DNA from: Faecousia sp.
GTDB taxonomy: Bacteria > Bacillota > Clostridia > Oscillospirales > Oscillospiraceae
Assembly: GCA_045121575.1 (NCBI GenBank)
Contig: JBGVGH010000047.1
Span: 940-64,939 of the forward strand
Direction of reading: 5' to 3'
DNA: 64,000 nt
The position numbers and the translations under genes are program-made. Of the stretch, positions 45,989 through 53,091 are shown piece by piece. Below the pieces are notes generated by a model. The model was not told the DNA's origin. It saw only the letters and a list, made by a program, of their open reading frames with translations, and ran no database searches. Each line of letters opens with the position of its first letter. Position 1 is the first letter of the stretch.

Positions 45989-47506
45989 TCAGAATCCAAA
46001 TAAACTCGCAAAACCACGAGCGAGGGATTTCACTCCGCCAACAACCGCACTGCCTACTGACTTTACAACTTCTACAGCCTTGTCACGGACTTTCTGAACA
46101 CCTTTCACAACTGTTTCAGCCACTTTAGAGCCAGCCATATAGCCTATTGTTCCGCCAACAAAACCTCCAACTGCTGCTCCAACGGGTCCCAAAACAGAAC
46201 CGATAGTTGCACCGATAACTGCTCCTTTAGTGGACGTAGCAATGCCTGCAACACAAGCGGCAGTTGTCTGTTCCATTTTGTCCAGACCCTCTTTAGCTGT
46301 CAATTCTCCTGTTGCGACTTTTCCTAAAACCTTGACATTCTCTACGGCTACAAAAGCAATGTTTGCGAATGTACTTCCCTTTGTTCCTTTTGGAATAACT
46401 TTCAATATGCCCTTTTCTGATGCAGCTTTCAATGCTCCGGCAGTCGCTGTTTTCACGCCGAAATCCGCACCCGAAACGATAGCAGTTTCAACAACTTCTT
46501 CGCTATCAATCGGCTCTCCATTCCAAACTTTAGTTGCGATTGCCATACCTGCACCGACAGCAGCACCTTGCAGACAAGCGTAACCCGTTTGTTTTCCGAT
46601 GCCGATTGCAATATCTTTAGCAATATAGTCATTCCAATCAGCATCCATGAAGTTGCCCTTTTGAGCTTGCTCTTGCAATTCCTTTGCTTGCTCTTTTGTT
46701 AAAGGCTTACTCGATATATCTCCATCTTGAATGGTGGAGGTAACGGTCTTATAGGGAAAAGCTTCTTGAACTGCCGCAACTTGCTCCTCTGGAACAACAA
46801 GAATTTGGTTGTTGTAGTTTCCAGAGTTTATCATACGAATGGTGTCCTCAGCGGTAGCACCATATTTCATCTGATACTGATGGATTCTCTTTCCTGTGGC
46901 ATCCTTGATAACTACATCAAAACCGTTTTTTGTGTAAGTTTCGCCGGGCTTTAGTGGCTGAACTTCTGCTCTCAAGCCACTACCTTTTGCCGCAGCATTC
47001 ATATTAAAAGAATTGACATGATGCTGTTCTGCAATAAAGCCATCCAAGTTCGGATTCATACTTGGTGTGATGTATCCACTTCCCTTTGTCGTAATGGTTT
47101 CGTGCATAGCGGCATTTGCACTCTTTACCGCATCATCCAAGCTCTGCAAATATTTTGCACTTTCTTGTGCTGACATTTGCGAAGTAGATTTCAAAACTGT
47201 CGAAGCAAACCAACTATCTTTGCTTCTTCCGGCTGCAATTGCTTTCTCCTGAGATACTTTCATATCTTCTGTTACTTTAAGGGAGTCGATAATCTCGGAA
47301 CTCATTTCCTTAATTTCCTCAGAAGATTTTTCTGGAAGTTGTTTTTGGAGTTCTTGGGGCAACCATTCTTCCACGGACATCTTATCCTTGGAAGAAGCAT
47401 AGCTCTCTAAAAACTCTCGCTGTATTTTAGAAATACCTTTTGCTTCTTCCTCTGACAGAACTTTTTCCGAGAAATCAAATTCATATATTTCATCTTTCTT
47501 ATCCAT
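45989..47506 (-). CDS. 505-aa protein: acidic helical N-terminus, central globular domain, Gly/Ala-rich glycine-zipper C-terminus
   Basis: Starts 8 nt after the AAA+ stop. The C-terminus is GAVIGATIGSVLGPVGAAVGGFVGGTIGYMAG, made of GxxxG repeats. Confidence 0.7.
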   Translation of the reverse strand: MDKKDEIYEFDFSEKVLSEEEAKGISKIQREFLESYASSKDKMSVEEWLPQELQKQLPEKSSEEIKEMSSEIIDSLKVTEDMKVSQEKAIAAGRSKDSWFASTVLKSTSQMSAQESAKYLQSLDDAVKSANAAMHETITTKGSGYITPSMNPNLDGFIAEQHHVNSFNMNAAAKGSGLRAEVQPLKPGETYTKNGFDVVIKDATGKRIHQYQMKYGATAEDTIRMINSGNYNNQILVVPEEQVAAVQEAFPYKTVTSTIQDGDISSKPLTKEQAKELQEQAQKGNFMDADWNDYIAKDIAIGIGKQTGYACLQGAAVGAGMAIATKVWNGEPIDSEEVVETAIVSGADFGVKTATAGALKAASEKGILKVIPKGTKGSTFANIAFVAVENVKVLGKVATGELTAKEGLDKMEQTTAACVAGIATSTKGAVIGATIGSVLGPVGAAVGGFVGGTIGYMAGSKVAETVVKGVQKVRDKAVEVVKSVGSAVVGGVKSLARGFASLFGF

Positions 47507-47514
47507 TGTTCACC

Positions 47515-49182
47515 TTATCCTCTCGAAGAATATCCTCTCAATATTGCTGAAAGCGAAGAACCAAGAGCCGAGATAGCTTGTGCTTGGGATGCTGTGGATG
47601 TAGCACTTGTTGCAGTACCTGTTGATTTGCTTTCAACATGGGAAGGTTCTACCACTTTTTTAAGTGCAGGTTTTGATGCTACCTTGTTCTCTGGATTACT
47701 TGCAGGCTTCAAATCCATATCCTTAACGGCTTCCTTGATTTCTTTGATGCGTTTTTCCAATGTACTGGAAATAGATTTAATATTCTTTTGTGCTGATTTC
47801 AAATCATCGGTCGTTAATTGTTCTCTGCCCTCAATAAAGCAACTCTCAATCGCATCTTTAACAATGGCTTCCAAGTCAGCACCATTGTAGCCACTGGTCA
47901 ACTTAACAAGAGAGATTATATCTAACTCTTTGTTCCATTTATGACGCTTTTTCAAATGAATCTCTATGATTTTTCTTCTTTCCTCATCGTTAGGGAAGTC
48001 AACATAGAACAACTCATCAAATCTACCTTTTCTCAAAAACTCTGCCGGAATTTTTGAAATGTCGTTTGCAGTAGCAACAATGAAAACTGTATTTTCCTTT
48101 TCCTGCATCCAAGTCAAAAACTGTCCAAACAAGCGTGTAGTAACATCACTGCCACCACCGGAACTTCCGACACCGGAAAAAGCTTTTTCGATTTCATCAA
48201 TCCAAAGCACACATGGGCTGATTGCTTCTGAAAGCTTCAACGCCTTTCTCATATTTTCTTCGGATTCGCCAATATACTTTCCGAGCAAGCGTCCAACATC
48301 AAGCCTTACCAGCGGAATTTCAAACAGTTTAGCCGTAGCCTTTGCTGCCAAACTCTTTCCGCATCCTGGCATACCGACTATCATGATTCCTTTTGGAATA
48401 TCAACTCCAAATTTCATGGCTTTATCTAATTGATTGAAAATCCTCTCTTTTTTATAAAGCCACTCTTTCAGATTTTCCAAACCACCAATATCTTCAATGC
48501 TCTCGTTTACGGGAATCATTTCAAGCAGTCCGGCTTTTTTTATCAACTGTTCCTTCTGGCTCAATATCAAACGCTTATCATCAAAATCTAAGCAACCACC
48601 GTCTTGATATGCCAAATTTAAGATTTGCTTTACTTGAAATTCATTTAGTCCCTTGAAAGAAAGAGCAATCTCGCTCATGACATCATCAGTCACATCAATT
48701 TCTAAGTCCTTCGTGAAGCCTATCATGATGTTCTTGATTTCCGACACCGATGGCAACGGCATATCAAACACTGTGATCAAATCTTCAAGCTCATCTGGAA
48801 TACAAAGTTTGCTTGAAACAATAAAAACAGATGCGTTGTAGCTCTCATTATATAGATTTCGCTCTGCTATGTATTTCAACAAAGACACGATTTCTGGTTT
48901 GTCCAACTGACTATGAACATCTTTTAAGACAATGAACATAGAATGTTCATATCCATCATCTTTAACAAGGTTAAGGAAGTTATACAAATCGCACTCTTTC
49001 ATCGTGGATTTTGTCTTAAAGTCCACAATACCTAAACCATTGTTATATTCTACAACTTTCCTATTATCTGTTATATCCGTGATAATTTCATCAATTACTT
49101 TGAAATCAAAGTGATTGATGTAAATGATTGGGTATAAGGCATCAATATATGAAGCCATTAAATCCCTTGCGCTATTCTTCAT
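47515..49182 (-). CDS. Classical AAA+ ATPase, Ycf46-like (degenerate N-terminal domain plus one active AAA module), Ser/Thr-rich tail
   Basis: Walker A GMPGCGKS, Walker B VLWIDEIEK, SRH/Arg finger ATAN...LRKGRFDE. The N-terminus ALYPIIYINHFDF resembles the Ycf46 start (recollection). Start reset to ATG 49180-49182 after GGAGG. Confidence 0.85.
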   Translation of the reverse strand: MKNSARDLMASYIDALYPIIYINHFDFKVIDEIITDITDNRKVVEYNNGLGIVDFKTKSTMKECDLYNFLNLVKDDGYEHSMFIVLKDVHSQLDKPEIVSLLKYIAERNLYNESYNASVFIVSSKLCIPDELEDLITVFDMPLPSVSEIKNIMIGFTKDLEIDVTDDVMSEIALSFKGLNEFQVKQILNLAYQDGGCLDFDDKRLILSQKEQLIKKAGLLEMIPVNESIEDIGGLENLKEWLYKKERIFNQLDKAMKFGVDIPKGIMIVGMPGCGKSLAAKATAKLFEIPLVRLDVGRLLGKYIGESEENMRKALKLSEAISPCVLWIDEIEKAFSGVGSSGGGSDVTTRLFGQFLTWMQEKENTVFIVATANDISKIPAEFLRKGRFDELFYVDFPNDEERRKIIEIHLKKRHKWNKELDIISLVKLTSGYNGADLEAIVKDAIESCFIEGREQLTTDDLKSAQKNIKSISSTLEKRIKEIKEAVKDMDLKPASNPENKVASKPALKKVVEPSHVESKSTGTATSATSTASQAQAISALGSSLSAILRGYSSRG

Positions 49183-49184
49183 GC

Positions 49185-50063
49185 TTATACCTCCATATAT
49201 AACAATTCGAAAGAAGCATTGTTGCACTGGTATTCCAATCCATCGAACTTAACTAACTTGTCGTTTACATCAGTATTTCCAAGCTTCTCGTAGAAATTGC
49301 CTGCATTTTTGATAAATGTTCCAGAAGCAATGTTAATGACCATAAGTTTAACTTCAGGTCTTTCAATAGGATCCCACATAGCTTGAGTGTTTCTCTTGAC
49401 GATTTTCAAATCATCGCCAAGAATTTCTTTTGCTTTGCTTGTTGTTAGCAGGGAAGATTTAACACTTGTATAAATCTTTGCGTTTGCTTCTTCGCCAATC
49501 CAAAACTTTCGAAAAGCATCTCTTGTTAAAATCGCAAAAAGCGCTTTTGGTGCAGATACAAGTAGGCGAAAATACAGTTCGTAATGGTTTAATTCAAATA
49601 AACCAAAATACTCTCTTTCCATCTGAATCGCATCAGCTTTCAGAACCGCCATATTGTCTTTGTTTTCTTCCATGTGCATAACAAGAGCTGTGTAACCGGA
49701 ATGGTAATCGTCAATTACCTGTTTCTTACCGAAAGCATTTTCTTTATAAATAGCGTTTAATTCCTTTTCTTCATCCAAATAGGAAAGGATACCGATTGCT
49801 TTTTCAATCTCGCTATCGTCTAAATCTACAACCTCAAAAATCTTAACAAGCTCTGTAATAATTGCTTTTTTATCTGCATTTTTGTCTATTGCAGAAACCT
49901 TCTCATATTCCTTCTCGTAACCACGAACATCTAACCAGCGAAGCAGGAGACCATTATCAAAATATTTGAGCATATCTTCCATTGAAAAATGTTCCTGCAT
50001 ACCCTCAATATTTCTTACTGGATAATTGTCCAGAATCAAATTAAACTTAATTGTTTTAGCCAT
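49185..50063 (-). CDS. 292-aa protein, unknown function (cargo operon gene A)
   Basis: AGGAGG lies 8 nt before ATG 50061-50063. The stop is 2 nt before the AAA+ ATG. No motif I recognise. Confidence 0.65.
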   Translation of the reverse strand: MAKTIKFNLILDNYPVRNIEGMQEHFSMEDMLKYFDNGLLLRWLDVRGYEKEYEKVSAIDKNADKKAIITELVKIFEVVDLDDSEIEKAIGILSYLDEEKELNAIYKENAFGKKQVIDDYHSGYTALVMHMEENKDNMAVLKADAIQMEREYFGLFELNHYELYFRLLVSAPKALFAILTRDAFRKFWIGEEANAKIYTSVKSSLLTTSKAKEILGDDLKIVKRNTQAMWDPIERPEVKLMVINIASGTFIKNAGNFYEKLGNTDVNDKLVKFDGLEYQCNNASFELLYMEV

Positions 50064-50120
50064 TGCCAAATCCTCCTAAAATATTATTTACATTTTACCA
50101 TCCCATATAGACACCATCTG

Positions 50121-50336
50121 TCATTCCGATGATTTATCTGCTTTTCTCCAATTTTTATATTCGCCTGTTGTAATACGTCCATCAATAGGCTTGTTAACAT
50201 CCTTAGGTATTGCCCAAGATCTCCCGAATTGAACCGCACCAGGAATTTTTCCAGTAGCACAAAGTGTCCTAACCCAGCGTGGTGTCAATTCCCATTTCTC
50301 TGCCACTTCTTTTACAGTGTAAAAGTCTTTATTCAT
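50121..50336 (-). CDS. Excisionase/MerR-like small HTH DNA-binding protein
   Basis: YTVKEVAEKWELTPRWVRTLCATGKIPGAVQFGRSWAIP, the Xis-family HTH pattern. GAGGTGGTGG RBS. Confidence 0.7.
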   Translation of the reverse strand: MNKDFYTVKEVAEKWELTPRWVRTLCATGKIPGAVQFGRSWAIPKDVNKPIDGRITTGEYKNWRKADKSSE

Positions 50337-50397
50337 TATCCACCACCTCACTTCTGGATTTTATACCATTCTTTCTCATTGGAACAAATCATATATA

Positions 50398-50426
50398 TTA
50401 TATTCCCCAAAAGGAATAATGTCAAT
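50398..50426 (-). promoter_or_regulatory. Consensus promoter of the cargo operon
   Basis: Minus strand TTGACA (50421-50426), 17-nt spacer, TATAAT (50398-50403). Confidence 0.7.
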
Positions 50427-50500
50427 GTTACATCAAAAAGTTTGGACTTCATACAACAAAAACTGGACTCCACAAACATCTGTGAAATCCAGCTCTTTGA

Positions 50501-50869
50501 TTATACATATATCATTTCACGGAGCACAATTTCTTCTGCCCTGTTACGAATGAAATTCATACTCTGAATCCATTTCCACTGATCATTCTTCTTCAATTCC
50601 TCAGTTACAGATTCCGCTTTTTTCATCTGCTCGATGATAACCTCTAATCTGTTCTGCGCCTGCTCATTTATATCAGCAAGATAAGTCCAAAGCTGGCAGG
50701 TCAAAATCAAATCATCATACTGCATCGGTTTATGTTCCTTCAAGTAATCTCGGTGCATTCGTCCAAAGCGACCAATCATTCTGTGTTCCTCTGGAAGTTT
50801 TAAATCCGGAATATAGTAATCGCCTACTAAAACATAATCAATGCCGTTTTCTGTTATTCTTTCTTTCAT
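50501..50869 (-). CDS. tnpV: TnpV-family transposon protein
   Basis: GDYYIPDLKLPEE..IGRFGRMHRDYLKEHKP...YLADINEQAQNRLE...MNFIRNRAEEIVLREMIY matches the TnpV pattern of Tn4451-type elements. Confidence 0.8.
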   Translation of the reverse strand: MKERITENGIDYVLVGDYYIPDLKLPEEHRMIGRFGRMHRDYLKEHKPMQYDDLILTCQLWTYLADINEQAQNRLEVIIEQMKKAESVTEELKKNDQWKWIQSMNFIRNRAEEIVLREMIYV

Positions 50870-50941
50870 GCGTTTGTCTCCTTTTCTTCACTCATTTTTG
50901 TTAAAACTTGAAAGTTCAGAGACAAGTTGTATTCATTATGG

Positions 50942-51187
50942 TTAAATCATCCCAAAGTGCTTCAAAGCATCTACGATGGCAGCTTCTTTATCTGCAGGAC
51001 ACTTTGGCTGTCTGGAATCCTCGGATTTCGGCTTATTGTAATTCTCTCGCTCGATAATGCCATGTTTCTGCTTTACCTGTGCGATATACAGGCTACTTAC
51101 TTTCATGCCTGTATTTTCCATGACATAAGCCTTAATTTCCTCGTAAGTGGCTTTCTTTTCAGCATCGGTCAAATCCAGCTCGTCCAT
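50942..51187 (-). CDS. Element-encoded 81-aa ORF, now in frame with trmD
   Basis: MDELDLTDAEKKATYEEIKAYVMENTGMKVSSLYIAQVKQKHGIIERENYN... This sequence type is common next to TnpV in such elements (recollection). No SD sequence precedes its ATG here. Confidence 0.45.
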   Translation of the reverse strand: MDELDLTDAEKKATYEEIKAYVMENTGMKVSSLYIAQVKQKHGIIERENYNKPKSEDSRQPKCPADKEAAIVDALKHFGMI

Positions 51188-51994
51188 ATTCAATTCGACT
51201 TCGATATGATTAGTCGATTTTAGTTTGGACAATAAACACACCGTCTCAGCGTTTGCAGCATCCTCCGCCTCCATTTCACGCAGTAGCTTCTTGTCCTGCT
51301 TGGAGGACAAATCCAGCTTTTCATACATATCGGGGCGGCGGGCTCTGGTGCGACGCAGGGCCTGCTTCCGCCGCCACTGGTTCACCTTTTCATGGTTTCC
51401 AGACAGCAGAATCTGGGGCACTTCCCTGCCGTGCCAGACGGCGGGGCGGGTATACTGGGGGTATTCCAGCAGGCCGTTATAGTGGCTTTCATCCTCGAAG
51501 CACTCCGCATCCGCCAGTACCCCCGGCACCATGCGGCACACCGCGTCTGTGACCGCCATGGCGGCGATTTCGCCGCCGGTCAGCACAAAGTCCCCCAGGG
51601 AAATTTCTTCGTCCACACACTCGTCAATGAACCGCTGGTCGATGCCCTCGTAATGGCCGCAGACCAGCACCAGATTCTCCATCCGGCTCAGGCGGATGGC
51701 GTCGGCCTGCTTAAAAGTATGGCCGCAGGGGGAAAGATAGATGGTATGCACCGGGCCGCCCGCCTCGTCGCACACCGCCTCCCAGCAGCGGTACAGCGGG
51801 TCGGCGGTCATCACCGCGCCCCGTCCGCCGCCGTAGGGATAGTCATCGGTCTGGTTCTGCTTGTTGGCGGTGTAATCCCGAATCTGGTGGGTTTCGATGC
51901 GGATGAAGCCCCGCTCCTGGGCCCGGCCCAGAATGCTCTCGCTGAGCACATCCCCCAGAGTTTCGGGAAACAGGGTCAGAATGTCAATTCTCAT
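50942..51994 (-). CDS. trmD: tRNA (guanine37-N1)-methyltransferase TrmD, native stop lost, 96 element-derived codons appended
   Basis: MRIDILTLFPE..., GHYEGIDQR and LTGGE motifs. The native part ends at about 51244; the frame continues through the right inverted repeat to the TAA at 50942. Confidence 0.85.
   Translation of the reverse strand: MRIDILTLFPETLGDVLSESILGRAQERGFIRIETHQIRDYTANKQNQTDDYPYGGGRGAVMTADPLYRCWEAVCDEAGGPVHTIYLSPCGHTFKQADAIRLSRMENLVLVCGHYEGIDQRFIDECVDEEISLGDFVLTGGEIAAMAVTDAVCRMVPGVLADAECFEDESHYNGLLEYPQYTRPAVWHGREVPQILLSGNHEKVNQWRRKQALRRTRARRPDMYEKLDLSSKQDKKLLREMEAEDAANAETVCLLSKLKSTNHIEVELNMDELDLTDAEKKATYEEIKAYVMENTGMKVSSLYIAQVKQKHGIIERENYNKPKSEDSRQPKCPADKEAAIVDALKHFGMI
51230..51243. 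repeat. Right terminal inverted repeat (TTAGTTTGGACAAT)
   Basis: Exact reverse complement of 41174-41187. Confidence 0.9.
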
Positions 51995-52472
51995 CGGTTC
52001 TCATTCCCTCAATGATGGTCACATCCATGCGGTTGGCTTCCATATCGGTATTCAGCACGAACTGCTTTACCGCGGGAATCATGTATTCATGCTTCCCCCG
52101 CACCACATAGACGGAGTTGCCCGGATAGTCCAGCACATCCACGATTTTTCCCAGCTTTTCCCCGGCGCAGAACACCTCCACGCCCATCAGCTCCGCGGCA
52201 AAAATCACATCGTCGTCGATGTCCTCCCGGTACAGCTCCAGCACCTTGCCCCGCAGCGCCTGTGCCTGCTCCACGGTGTCCACCCCGGACAGCTTCACCA
52301 GATTGCAGGTTTTCTGCACGCGGCACTCCATCCGGTATTCTTTTCCCCCGATGCGGCAGCGGTCAAAGTCCGGCAGCACTTCCGGGCCGTCCACCCAGGG
52401 AAGCACCTTTACCTCGCCGTGAATGCCGTGGGTGGTGACGATTTCACCCGCTTCGATAAATTGCAGCTTCAT
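51984..52472 (-). CDS. rimM: 16S rRNA processing protein RimM
   Basis: GEIVTTHGIHGEVKV start and a PRC-barrel C-terminus, in the rpsP operon context. Confidence 0.9.
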   Translation of the reverse strand: MKLQFIEAGEIVTTHGIHGEVKVLPWVDGPEVLPDFDRCRIGGKEYRMECRVQKTCNLVKLSGVDTVEQAQALRGKVLELYREDIDDDVIFAAELMGVEVFCAGEKLGKIVDVLDYPGNSVYVVRGKHEYMIPAVKQFVLNTDMEANRMDVTIIEGMRTDEN

Positions 52473-52496
52473 GGTTTTTCCTCCTGAAAACGGAAA

Positions 52497-52522
52497 ATGC
52501 GTGACGCCAATCCGTCACGCAT
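52497..52522 (-). terminator. Internal hairpin plus U-run between the KH gene and rimM
   Basis: Minus strand atgcgtgacg gattgg cgtcacgcat followed by tttccgttttc. Confidence 0.5.
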
Positions 52523-52527
52523 AACCG

Positions 52528-52758
52528 TTAGTCCACGATTTCGACGGTTACCTTTTCGCCGGTGCGCTGGGCAACAGTCTTGATGATGGTCCGGATCTCT
52601 TTTGCGATCCTGCCCTGGCGGCCAATGACCTTGCCCATGTCGCCTTCGGCAACACGCAGCTCCAGCACCTTGCCGTCCTCTCCGTCCAGCTCGGTGACGG
52701 TGACAGCTTCGGGATGGTCAACCAGGTTTTTTGCCATATACAGCAAAAGTTCCTTCAT
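52528..52758 (-). CDS. KH-domain RNA-binding protein (YlqC/UPF0109)
   Basis: GKVIGRQGRIAKEIRT (GxxG KH motif), between rpsP and rimM. Confidence 0.9.
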   Translation of the reverse strand: MKELLLYMAKNLVDHPEAVTVTELDGEDGKVLELRVAEGDMGKVIGRQGRIAKEIRTIIKTVAQRTGEKVTVEIVD

Positions 52759-52779
52759 TTGCGCTTTCTCCTTTTCGGA

Positions 52780-53019
52780 TTACAGCACGCCAGCCTTCTT
52801 CAGCAGGCCACGAACGGTATCGGTGGGCTGTGCGCCGTTCTTGATCCAGGTCTGAGCCTTCTCCACATCGATGTTGACGGTGGCGGGGTTGGTCAGGGGG
52901 TTGTAAGTGCCGATTTCTTCGATGCAGCGGCCGTCGCGGGGAGACCGGGCGTCAGCAACAACAACACGGTAGAAAGGAGCCTTCTTTGCACCCATTCTTC
53001 TCAGTCTAATCTTAACCAT
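52780..53019 (-). CDS. rpsP: 30S ribosomal protein S16
   Basis: [23 protein letters not shown]. Confidence 0.95.
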   Translation of the reverse strand: MVKIRLRRMGAKKAPFYRVVVADARSPRDGRCIEEIGTYNPLTNPATVNIDVEKAQTWIKNGAQPTDTVRGLLKKAGVL

Positions 53020-53091
53020 TGAGATTCACCTCCAAATTTTTTCGAATTTCATTTATCTATCGCAAAGCAAATCTGCTTAGAGCGAACCGTT

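Larger units (their letters stand above)
41174..51243. mobile_element. Decayed ~10.07-kb serine-recombinase/TnpV-type integrative (Tn4451-like) element
   Basis: Abrupt switch to AT-rich sequence and perfect 14-bp terminal inverted repeats. It carries a serine-recombinase C-terminal remnant, a RhuM remnant, a VirE-type primase/helicase and TnpV. It is inserted at the trmD/cobB junction. Confidence 0.8.

Noticed and set aside
41174-51243. Deleting exactly the inverted-repeat-bounded segment would fuse trmD in frame to cobB, which would suggest an ancestral fusion protein.
   Set aside because: That result depends on removing both AT dinucleotides. Keeping one AT, as expected for a dinucleotide crossover or a 2-bp target duplication, restores TTA-TGA with an overlapping ATG. 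That is a normal stop/start coupling and is far more plausible.
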